From positions 96,001 to 160,000 of the IMG/VR virus record IMGVR_UViG_2706796644_000001: a DNA stretch of 64,000 nt; one strand, written 5' to 3'. Shown piece after piece: positions 9,605 through 18,018 of the stretch (position 1 is the stretch's first letter; the number at the start of each line of letters is the position of its first letter). The stretch is from a virus. Its lineage: Duplodnaviria; Caudoviricetes. The notes under the pieces were generated by a model. That model was not told the DNA's origin. It did not search any database and was given only the letters and a program-made list of their open reading frames with translations. The translations under genes and the position numbers were made by a program.

Positions 9605-11104
9605 ATGAAGTTCCTAGGTCTGAGACTCTGTGATCATGATACTAATATAACTTTGACTGTAGATGACAAGGTATATTATTACAAGTTAGAAAGAGATCTC
9701 CAACTTAAACACGTTGGATTTAGGAACCTGACAGGTTGGTATAAGAAATTTTTACAATGGGGTGTACCCCTTAGTGAAATTGATGCTATTGGTATTACAC
9801 TTGACTGTCACAAATATAAAACTATTAGAACTAATGAGCAAGAATTATTTGAAGAAATTAAAATCCCACTCTTCACACAGATGGGATACAAGGGACCGAT
9901 CTATCGTGTAGATCATCACTATGCTCACGCACTAAGTGCTTGGATGCTCGGGGAATCTGATGTAGATATGGTATACGATGGGTTTGGTGATGATCATTTA
10001 TCCCAAAGTATTTTCAGAAACGACCATCGCACTTACTGCGCTTCATACAAAACTCATCCTAGTTTTGGTACTGCTATGGGTGACACTGGTGCTCTTCTCC
10101 GTTTGAGAGGAGTTTCATATGATATGGCGGGAAAGATAATGGCACTCAAAGGATATGGTAATGTACCCGAAGAAGAAATAGATGATATCCATAATCGTCT
10201 AGGACCTTTGACTATGAAAGATCACCGTAGACTATGGAACTTTCCAATGATGGAAAGAATCTATGACAACGAAAGAGTGATGAGAAACCATATTCAAATT
10301 TGTCATACAATTTCAGAAAGAATTATAGAAGATTATTTTGCCAAAAATACGAAAGAGACTGATAGAATTTCTTATACAGGAGGAGTCGCTCTCAACACTA
10401 TTATCAACAGTAGGATTAGAAAGAAACGTCCCAATCTCATCATACCAGCACATGCAAGTGATGAAGGTTTATCTTTGGGGATCGTTGAATCACTCCGAAA
10501 AGAATACAAACAACCAGAGTTTAAGAAAGAGGGGTATCCGTTCTGGCAAACGGATGAAGCGCCGAAAGAACGTCCTTCCAAACTAACAATTAAATCAACA
10601 GCAGAACTTCTAGCTCAAGGTAATATAGTCGCATGGTATCAAGGTCATGGTGAAGTTGGACCTAGAGCATTAGGAAATAGAAGTATCCTTATGAATCCAA
10701 CCATTAAAGGTGGTAAGGATAAACTAAATTTGAAAGTAAAGCATAGAGAACCCTTCAGACCTTTTGGTGCATCTGTCCTTAGGGAAAAGTGTAGTGAGTA
10801 TTTTGATTGTGAATATGATTCTCCGTATATGCTATACGTTATGGATGTCAAAGATAAGGAAGCGTTTGCACCTATCACACATGTAGATGGAACTTGTAGA
10901 CCTCAGACAGTAACTGCAGATCAGGAAGACTTTTATGAGTTGCTCACTGAGTTTGAAAAACTTACTGGACTTCCTATGCTACTCAATACATCATTAAACA
11001 ATGGTGGTGATCCTATAGCAGGAAGTATAAGTGAGGCTTTGCAACTTCTGTATGATACCGAACTGGACTTTCTAGTTACGGGAAACGAAACATACACTAA
11101 ATAG
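9605..11104 (+). CDS. Carbamoyltransferase (NodU/CmcH/TobZ family)
   Basis: HHYAHA, DGFGD, AGKIMAL, GGVALN, GPRALGNRSIL, KHREPFRPF, HVDGTCRPQTV, LLNTSLN. Confidence 0.93.
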   Translation: MKFLGLRLCDHDTNITLTVDDKVYYYKLERDLQLKHVGFRNLTGWYKKFLQWGVPLSEIDAIGITLDCHKYKTIRTNEQELFEEIKIPLFTQMGYKGPIYRVDHHYAHALSAWMLGESDVDMVYDGFGDDHLSQSIFRNDHRTYCASYKTHPSFGTAMGDTGALLRLRGVSYDMAGKIMALKGYGNVPEEEIDDIHNRLGPLTMKDHRRLWNFPMMERIYDNERVMRNHIQICHTISERIIEDYFAKNTKETDRISYTGGVALNTIINSRIRKKRPNLIIPAHASDEGLSLGIVESLRKEYKQPEFKKEGYPFWQTDEAPKERPSKLTIKSTAELLAQGNIVAWYQGHGEVGPRALGNRSILMNPTIKGGKDKLNLKVKHREPFRPFGASVLREKCSEYFDCEYDSPYMLYVMDVKDKEAFAPITHVDGTCRPQTVTADQEDFYELLTEFEKLTGLPMLLNTSLNNGGDPIAGSISEALQLLYDTELDFLVTGNETYTK

Positions 11105-11121
11105 TAAAAAAGCGTAGAGCT

Positions 11122-11688
11122 ATGGCTGCCACTTGGTACGAAAAGGAACTAAAGAATAAAAACTTTCTGTCTCCTATTGGTTTCAAACTAGTCTTGGACA
11201 AAGCACCCAAGACGGCATTCTTGTGCCAGACTGCAAATATCCCAACTCTTTCTGTTGGTGAAATTGAAATCCCAACCAGGGGATTGGTTCGGTATCCAAT
11301 TGATGGTAACATTCAATACGGAGAACTTACTATAGAATTCCTGATTGATGAGAATTTGGAAAACTATTTGGAACTGCATAACTGGATGCGAGCATTAGGA
11401 ACTCCAAGTGATCTTCAGGAAAGAGCGGATTGGATCAGGAGTAAAAGGATCGGAGATGTGACAGATCCAATCAGAAGTCTTGTGAGTGACGTTACTTTGA
11501 TCGCCCTAAATAATAATATGAATGCTCAGTTTGAGTGTTTGTTTAAAGATGCCTTCCCCACTAATCTGTCAACGATTAGCTTTGATGTCACACAGACTGA
11601 CAACAATTTCTTTAGTGCGGAAGTAACATTCAGGTATACCTTGTACGAAATCCGTGCCATTAACAGCGGTAAGAGAAGAACCGTATGA
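11122..11688 (+). CDS. gp3: Tail tube terminator / sheath stabiliser
   Basis: NFLSPIGF, IDENLENYLELHNW, FKDAFPTNLS; position after gp23. Confidence 0.88.
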   Translation: MAATWYEKELKNKNFLSPIGFKLVLDKAPKTAFLCQTANIPTLSVGEIEIPTRGLVRYPIDGNIQYGELTIEFLIDENLENYLELHNWMRALGTPSDLQERADWIRSKRIGDVTDPIRSLVSDVTLIALNNNMNAQFECLFKDAFPTNLSTISFDVTQTDNNFFSAEVTFRYTLYEIRAINSGKRRTV

Positions 11689-11715
11689 TCTCTTGGTTAT
11701 TGAACAAATTTTGCT

Positions 11716-11868
11716 ATGCTACCAGATTGGAAAATGAGAGCTCTGGCCGATCCCGACCTGAGCGAGAAGAGTTGGACATTACTGAAACTGGGTCCAGCTA
11801 CCCTAGCCGAAGCATGGATGCTTCAGGCATTAAAAATGAAGTACCAGATCCGTGGTATTAGATCATGA
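11716..11868 (+). CDS. Small hypothetical protein (MLPDWKMRALADPDL...), not in ORF track
   Basis: 50-codon ORF fills the gp3-uvsY gap; its stop overlaps the uvsY ATG (ATGA). Confidence 0.55.
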   Translation: MLPDWKMRALADPDLSEKSWTLLKLGPATLAEAWMLQALKMKYQIRGIRS

Positions 11869-12293
11869 ACTTGGAAGAACTACAAAAAATGTGGGATAAG
11901 GACAGTAAGATTGATACTGATCTCTACTGCGAAGAGTCATCAAAGATCCCAAGTCTACATGCAAAGTATCACTCACTACTCAATACTTTCTCCACATTAA
12001 AGATTGAACGTGAGACTGAGTTTAATATTCTCATGAGAGATAAGTGGATTTACTATAAGGGTAAAGCACCCGCAAAAGTTTATTCCGAAATTCCCTTTGA
12101 CTTAAAACTAACTAGTAGAGATGAGATTGAAACCTTCATCAATGCAGATAGCGATGTTCAAAAATGCCGCTCCAAGTTAGCATACATAGATGTGTGTCTG
12201 AATTATTTGGATTCAGTCCTACGAATGATCAACAATCGTGGTTATCAAATTAAGAACGCGATTGATTGGGAAAAATTTAAAGCAGGATTTTAA
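11865..12293 (+). CDS. uvsY: Recombination mediator UvsY
   Basis: WDKDSKID, LHAKY, RGYQIKNAIDW; upstream of uvsW. Confidence 0.9.
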   Translation: MNLEELQKMWDKDSKIDTDLYCEESSKIPSLHAKYHSLLNTFSTLKIERETEFNILMRDKWIYYKGKAPAKVYSEIPFDLKLTSRDEIETFINADSDVQKCRSKLAYIDVCLNYLDSVLRMINNRGYQIKNAIDWEKFKAGF

Positions 12294-12319
12294 CTGCAAT
12301 TGTATTATGTGTTTTCCTT

Positions 12320-13780
12320 ATGGCAGATCTAAAAATTCGTAAGAAGAATGAGGTTTACCTTAAGATTGAAGCGGAACCTCATGTAAATTATGAACTGTCT
12401 GACTACTTCACCTTTGAAGTACCTCAGGCAAAGTTCATGCAGAAAAATGCTAGGTACAAAAAATGGGACGGTAAGATTAGACTCTACTCCCCTGGTACTG
12501 GAGAGATATATGTTGGGTTGATTGATTATCTGACTGACTGGTGTATTGATAAGGGTTATTCTTTTGACTATGAGCAATGTAAATTCTTTGGTCACCCTAA
12601 AGAAGAGAATGAACTAATCACTCCCGAAGGCGTATATGGATTTGTTAAAGCATTAAACATTCCATACAAAGCAAGAGACTATCAACTACTAGGAATTTAT
12701 GAAGCACTAAGATATAACCGCAGGTTACTATTGTCTCCTACTGCGAGCGGTAAGTCTTTGATGATCTATGCTATCACGAGATTCCATGTCAACGTAGACC
12801 GCAGTGTTCTCATCGTAGTCCCCACTACTTCTCTCGTGGAGCAGATGTACAAGGACTTTGAGGAATATGGATGGGCGGCGTCCAAATATTGCCACAAGAT
12901 ATATGCGGGGCAAGAAAAATACACGGACCATCAGGTAGTAATTACCACTTGGCAATCTGTTTACAAGGAACCGCGTAAGTGGTTTGACAGGTTTGATGTT
13001 GTCATCGGTGACGAGGCACACCTTTTCAAAGCTAAATCTCTCACTTCTTTGATGGGTAAGCTTCATGAGTGTAAGTATAGAGTAGGGTTTACAGGTACTC
13101 TTGATGGAACTGAAACTAATCAGTTAGTATTAGAGGGTGTCTTTGGTAGATGTTCTCAGGTTACTAGAACTAAAGAGTTGATGAAGCGAGGTCAGGTTGC
13201 ACAACTTGAAGTTAAAGTATTAGTACTGAAGCATGAATATCAAAGTTTTGCATCGTATCAGGATGAGATTGAATATATTGTCACTAATGAAAAGCGGAAT
13301 AAATTTATACTTAACCTAGCAAAAGATCTGAAAGGTAACACTCTTGTTCTGTACAACTACGTGGAGAAGCACGGGGAACCTCTTTTTGATCTGCTAAATA
13401 GTAACATACAACGTCCTGTATATTTAGTTCATGGCGGTGTTGATGTTAAGGATAGAGAGAAAATTAGAGAATTAACTGAGATCTCTAATGAGAGTATTAT
13501 CATTGCTTCGTACGGAACCTTCTCCACAGGCATCAACATAAAAAACTTACATAATGTGATCTTTGCATCACCTTCAAAATCAAGAGTCCGAAACCTCCAA
13601 TCTATTGGAAGAGTTCTCCGTAAAGGGGCAAACAAATCACAAGCAACACTATACGATATCGCTGACGATATCTCACATAATAACTTCAGGAACTATACTT
13701 TAAATCATTTATTTGAAAGAGTTAAAGTATACAATGAAGAAAAATTTGACTACGAAATTATAGATGTAAAACTAAGATAA
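12320..13780 (+). CDS. uvsW: SF2 helicase UvsW
   Basis: SPTASGKS, DEAH, TGT, QSIGRVLR. Confidence 0.96.
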   Translation: MADLKIRKKNEVYLKIEAEPHVNYELSDYFTFEVPQAKFMQKNARYKKWDGKIRLYSPGTGEIYVGLIDYLTDWCIDKGYSFDYEQCKFFGHPKEENELITPEGVYGFVKALNIPYKARDYQLLGIYEALRYNRRLLLSPTASGKSLMIYAITRFHVNVDRSVLIVVPTTSLVEQMYKDFEEYGWAASKYCHKIYAGQEKYTDHQVVITTWQSVYKEPRKWFDRFDVVIGDEAHLFKAKSLTSLMGKLHECKYRVGFTGTLDGTETNQLVLEGVFGRCSQVTRTKELMKRGQVAQLEVKVLVLKHEYQSFASYQDEIEYIVTNEKRNKFILNLAKDLKGNTLVLYNYVEKHGEPLFDLLNSNIQRPVYLVHGGVDVKDREKIRELTEISNESIIIASYGTFSTGINIKNLHNVIFASPSKSRVRNLQSIGRVLRKGANKSQATLYDIADDISHNNFRNYTLNHLFERVKVYNEEKFDYEIIDVKLR

Positions 13781-13783
13781 CCT

Positions 13784-14236
13784 ATGTTGACTTACGTTAA
13801 ACACGATGAAGAATTTCATTGTTCTATCAAACTAATTAATGGTGATGAACTAATTGCTAGAGCTCTAGTATCTTTGGATGACACTACTAATCAAGAGTTA
13901 GTGTACTTAGAAGATCCTCTCTTGGTGCAAACTTTTACCAAAGAGATTGATGGAGAAAAAGCAGTAAGAGGTCTTGGATTTACCAAGTGGCAGAACTTTT
14001 CTGACGAAGATTTTTATATTATTAGTTCGGATACAATTCTAACTATGGCTGCTCTTTCTAAAGAGATGGTCTTTGTATATGAAGCCTTCCTCGCCACAGG
14101 GAAAAAAGATACGGTCTCGCGCCCCACGTCCAATATACCCGACAACTATAAAGTAACTCTTACTGATAACGAAGGTTCTTTAGGTAAGATTCAAGAGGCA
14201 AGAAAGAAACTAGAAGATCTATTTGGTAATAGCTAA
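13784..14236 (+). CDS. Conserved hypothetical protein (possible Sm-like fold)
   Basis: IKLINGDELIA pattern is shared with the ORFs at 26516 and 33850; fills the uvsW-gp55 gap. Confidence 0.65.
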   Translation: MLTYVKHDEEFHCSIKLINGDELIARALVSLDDTTNQELVYLEDPLLVQTFTKEIDGEKAVRGLGFTKWQNFSDEDFYIISSDTILTMAALSKEMVFVYEAFLATGKKDTVSRPTSNIPDNYKVTLTDNEGSLGKIQEARKKLEDLFGNS

Positions 14237-14263
14237 TAGTGGTCTTTCACATCTGACATTGTT

Positions 14264-14292
14264 ATTCTACAGAGAAAACAGAGATCTGTCAA
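14264..14292 (-). promoter_or_regulatory. Divergent antisense sigma70-type promoter
   Basis: Minus strand reads TTGACA - 17 nt - TAGAAT. Confidence 0.6.
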
Positions 14293-14297
14293 GCTTG

Positions 14298-14326
14298 TTG
14301 ACAAGATTAGGATTTCCTGTTATTAT
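14298..14326 (+). promoter_or_regulatory. sigma70-type promoter for gp55-gp47-gp46
   Basis: TTGACA (14298) - 17 nt - TATTAT (14321), with extended -10 TG. Confidence 0.8.
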
Positions 14327-14348
14327 GTGAATAACAAAATTGGTACAC

Positions 14349-14831
14349 ATGTATACTAAACCAATGGCTCCCAGAAAAAAGGAACACTACCTTAATAACA
14401 AAGAGTTCCTTGCAGAGCTTGAGAAGTATCGTGCATCAGTTAAACGTGCTGCAGATGCAGGTAAGACTAAACCAAGGGTAAGTAATTATATTGGTGGTTG
14501 CTTTTTGAAGATTGCAACTCACCTTTCATATCGTCCTAACTTCATTAACTACATGTATAAGGATGATATGATTTGTGATGGTATTGAAAATTGTATACAG
14601 TATATTGATAACTTTGATCCAGCAAAGTCTAGTAATCCATTTGCATACTTCACACAAATTGTTTACTTTGCATTCTTGAGAAGAATTGCTAAAGAAAAAA
14701 GACAGATGGAGATCCGAGATAAGATTATTGAAAAGTCTGGTGCTAGTGAAGTCTTTACTATTGATGGAGATTCAAGTTCAGAATACGATCAAATTAAAGC
14801 AAGAGTAGAAACTAACTCAAGAGGATACTGA
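14349..14831 (+). CDS. gp55: Late-transcription sigma factor
   Basis: HYLNNKEF, YRPNFINY, NFDPAKSSNPFAYFTQI. Confidence 0.96.
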   Translation: MYTKPMAPRKKEHYLNNKEFLAELEKYRASVKRAADAGKTKPRVSNYIGGCFLKIATHLSYRPNFINYMYKDDMICDGIENCIQYIDNFDPAKSSNPFAYFTQIVYFAFLRRIAKEKRQMEIRDKIIEKSGASEVFTIDGDSSSEYDQIKARVETNSRGY

Positions 14832-14832
14832 T

Positions 14833-15864
14833 TTGAAGATCCTCCTTATTACTGATCAGCATTTTGGTGTACGGAACGATCACCAAGCGTACATTAACAT
14901 GTACAGAAAATTTTATACAGAAATCGTAATCCCATTCATCAAGGTACATGGTATAACCAATATCATTTGTCTGGGTGATACCTTTGATAAAAGAAAAAGT
15001 ATAAACTTCATGTCTCTTGATGAGGCAAAAGAAATGTGGTTCACTCCTCTTGCTGATCTTGGAGTGAAGATGGACATGTTAGTAGGTAATCACGACATCT
15101 ATTACAAGAATACTCTACGAATCAATGCTCCCGATGAGTTACTTTCAGGATACTCAAACATCAATGTCATCACTAGCCCTACCCGTGTTGTGTATGGTGG
15201 TCTTCCTATACTCCTTCTCCCTTGGATTTGCGATGAAAATCATGCAGAAGTTCTGGGAAAAGTAGCATCTACTGATGCAAAAGTATGCATGGGACACCTT
15301 GAACTAAATGGATTTGAAGCACATCCTGGAGCAGTGATGACTATGGGCATGGACCCAAACATCTTCAATAAATTTGAAAAAGTATATACTGGTCACTACC
15401 ACCAAAAATCCAACAAGGGTAATGTAAATTACTTGGGTAATCCATACCAGTTGTATTGGAATGATTATGCACAGAAGCGTGGGTTCCATGTGTTTGATAC
15501 GGACACTCTGAAGACTACGTTTTACCGTAATCCATTTGACATGTTCCATAAAGTATACTACAATGATACAGTATCAGTTGATTTCAATAAACTGAAAGGT
15601 ACTTATGTCAAAGTGATTGTTGAAGACAAAGGTGATCAAGTAAAATTTGATCAGTTCATTCGTCAGATGCAAAGTGCAGAAGTTGCAGACTTGAAAATCA
15701 TTGAGGACCTTGGTGTTGAACTTGAAAGTGGAATTGAAGTTGTAGAAACCGAAGACACACTCTCACTTCTTGAGACCTACATAGATGATATAGAGATCAA
15801 AGCAAACAAGGATAGCATTAAATCTATCATGAAGTCGTTGTATGTAGAAGCATGTTCATTCTAG
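14833..15864 (+). CDS. gp47: Recombination endonuclease subunit (Mre11/SbcD-like)
   Basis: DQHFG, GDTFD, GNHD, GHYH phosphoesterase motifs. Confidence 0.96.
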   Translation: MKILLITDQHFGVRNDHQAYINMYRKFYTEIVIPFIKVHGITNIICLGDTFDKRKSINFMSLDEAKEMWFTPLADLGVKMDMLVGNHDIYYKNTLRINAPDELLSGYSNINVITSPTRVVYGGLPILLLPWICDENHAEVLGKVASTDAKVCMGHLELNGFEAHPGAVMTMGMDPNIFNKFEKVYTGHYHQKSNKGNVNYLGNPYQLYWNDYAQKRGFHVFDTDTLKTTFYRNPFDMFHKVYYNDTVSVDFNKLKGTYVKVIVEDKGDQVKFDQFIRQMQSAEVADLKIIEDLGVELESGIEVVETEDTLSLLETYIDDIEIKANKDSIKSIMKSLYVEACSF

Positions 15865-16109
15865 TAGATGGAAAAACTGAAGGAGTGTATGCTGTTCGCA
15901 CTCAAGAAAAAAAGAAAGTAGTTCAGATATTTCAAGAAGAAGATGATGCTCGGAGATATCTTGTTCTATTAGAAGCAAGAGAAGATCCTGAGGACGAATA
16001 TTTAGAAGTCCATGAAATTGATCTGGACGTTGTTGTTGCAAACTGTCACCAGTATGGTTACTCATACGGTATTATTGAACCTGACGAACTTGTTATCCCT
16101 CCAGTATGA
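15852..16109 (+). CDS. Hypothetical protein (DUF3110-like)
   Basis: EGVYAV, FQEEDDARRY...LEA, VIPP pattern; overlaps both neighbours. Confidence 0.6.
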   Translation: MFILVDGKTEGVYAVRTQEKKKVVQIFQEEDDARRYLVLLEAREDPEDEYLEVHEIDLDVVVANCHQYGYSYGIIEPDELVIPPV

Positions 16110-17827
16110 TTACGTTTAAAAAGTTGCGGTGGAAAAATTTCCTGAGTACTGGAGATCAATTCACTGAACTGACCTTGGACGATGAGATGTCAACTCTTAT
16201 TGTCGGTACTAATGGCGCAGGGAAGTCTACTATGCTAGACGCTCTGTGCTTTGTTTTGTTTAACAAACCCTTTCGCAAGATTAATAAACCTCAATTGGTC
16301 AATACGATCAATGAGAAAGGAACTGTAGTTGAGGTTGAGTTTAATACTAATGGAAAAGATTACTTAGTAAGACGCACTATCAAACCTGGTAAGTTTGAGA
16401 TCTTTGAAAATAGTCAGCTGATTGATCAGGATGCAGCAAACAAAGACTATCAAAAATATCTTGAGCAATCAATTCTCAAATTAAACTTCAAGTCTTTCAC
16501 CCAAGTTGTTATCTTAGGTAGCAGTACCTTCGTACCTTTCATGCAACTTCCTGGTGCTCATCGTAGAGAAGTCATTGAAGATCTACTTGACATTCAAATC
16601 TTTTCGGTTATGAATAGTCTACTGAAAGATCGCATGCGTGATAGTTATGATAGTAGTCGCGACTGCAATCATCTTCTAGAACTTGCAGAAGGTAAGGTAA
16701 ATTCTCAACAGAGAAGTATTGCGAAACTTGAACAAGTTAACAATGAGAGAGTACAAGAAAAAGAAGAATCTATAAAAGTTAAACAAAATACAATAAAAGA
16801 ACTTGAAAAACAACTAAAACCCATTGAAAATGATATCAAGGTAAAAGAAACAGAACTGCTAAAGTTTCAATCCCTTAACAGTTCTTTGGAAAAGTTAAAG
16901 AACTTGAAAATTAAAATCAGTGGTAAAAAGAATATTGTAAAGAAAGAACTAAAGTTTTTTTCAGAAAATAATGTGTGTCCTACCTGCACACAAGATATTG
17001 ATACGTCGTTCAAGCAGAAGAGATGTGAAGATCTATCTAAGGAAGAGAGTAAATTTTCCAAAGGTCTTGAGGCACTTAAAATTGATATTGAAAAAACTTT
17101 GGTTGATGTCAATGCATTGACTGAAACTAATAAAGATGTTATTGATCTAAAGAATACTCTAGTTAATCTAGAACGTGATATCAATCGTTGCGAAAAAGAA
17201 TCTATCGCATTAGAGAAACAGATAAATGTTCTTCAAGAGAGTCGCCCAAACATCCAGGCAGAACAAGAAATTCTAGAATCTCTCAACAGAGATCTACTAA
17301 CAACACAAAATAATTGTGCTGATATCAACAAAAAGATTATGGAATACCAGACAGTATCCCATCTATTAAAGGATTCTGGAATAAAATCTACAGTAATCAA
17401 TAAGTATATTCCTATTTTCAATACACTCATTAATAAATATCTTCAAAGTATGGAGTTCTATGTTAACTTCACTTTAGATAATGAATTCAATGAGGTTATT
17501 AAGTCTCGTTTCAGAGACGACTTTACATACTCTTCTTTCTCTGAAGGAGAAAAGCAGAAGATTGACCTTGCCTTATTGTTTACCTGGCGTGAAGTAGCAA
17601 GAATGAAAAACTCTGCATCTACAAATCTTTTGATTTTAGATGAAGTATTTGATAGTTCATTAGATGACTCGTCAACTGGAGAACTTCTAAAAATTCTTAG
17701 AGGTCTAGGTGATACTACAAATTTGTTTGTAATTTCTCACAAAGGTGAAATTTTAGTTGACAAATTTATGAGAACTATTAAGTTTGAGAAGGTAAACGAT
17801 TTCTCTAAACTATCCTATGATCCATAA
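16106..17827 (+). CDS. gp46: Recombination ATPase (Rad50/SbcC-like)
   Basis: GTNGAGKST, CPTC zinc hook, FSEGEK signature, LDEVFD. Confidence 0.97.
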   Translation: MITFKKLRWKNFLSTGDQFTELTLDDEMSTLIVGTNGAGKSTMLDALCFVLFNKPFRKINKPQLVNTINEKGTVVEVEFNTNGKDYLVRRTIKPGKFEIFENSQLIDQDAANKDYQKYLEQSILKLNFKSFTQVVILGSSTFVPFMQLPGAHRREVIEDLLDIQIFSVMNSLLKDRMRDSYDSSRDCNHLLELAEGKVNSQQRSIAKLEQVNNERVQEKEESIKVKQNTIKELEKQLKPIENDIKVKETELLKFQSLNSSLEKLKNLKIKISGKKNIVKKELKFFSENNVCPTCTQDIDTSFKQKRCEDLSKEESKFSKGLEALKIDIEKTLVDVNALTETNKDVIDLKNTLVNLERDINRCEKESIALEKQINVLQESRPNIQAEQEILESLNRDLLTTQNNCADINKKIMEYQTVSHLLKDSGIKSTVINKYIPIFNTLINKYLQSMEFYVNFTLDNEFNEVIKSRFRDDFTYSSFSEGEKQKIDLALLFTWREVARMKNSASTNLLILDEVFDSSLDDSSTGELLKILRGLGDTTNLFVISHKGEILVDKFMRTIKFEKVNDFSKLSYDP

Positions 17828-17951
17828 TCTAGTAGGTTTCCTTGGACAGCACCCCATCATCCTTGCCACTGCTTCAGCACTGATGATGGCACCGATAGCA
17901 TTCTACTGCTGCGACTCGCTGAAGAACCCTCACAGGTACATGCACAAATAG
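17817..17951 (+). CDS. 44-aa hydrophobic hypothetical protein (MIHNLVGFLGQHP...), not in ORF track
   Basis: Fills the gap after gp46; one hydrophobic segment. Confidence 0.5.
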   Translation: MIHNLVGFLGQHPIILATASALMMAPIAFYCCDSLKNPHRYMHK

Positions 17952-17953
17952 AA

Positions 17954-17997
17954 CTGTCACACACCCCCTTGCTTGGATGAGTCCAATGAGTTATGAT
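17954..17997 (+). promoter_or_regulatory. Early sigma70-type promoter with upstream CTGTCAC box
   Basis: CTGTCAC - 8 nt - TTGCTT - 17 nt - TATGAT. Confidence 0.7.
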
Positions 17998-18018
17998 AGG
18001 TACAACAGCAAGGATCCT

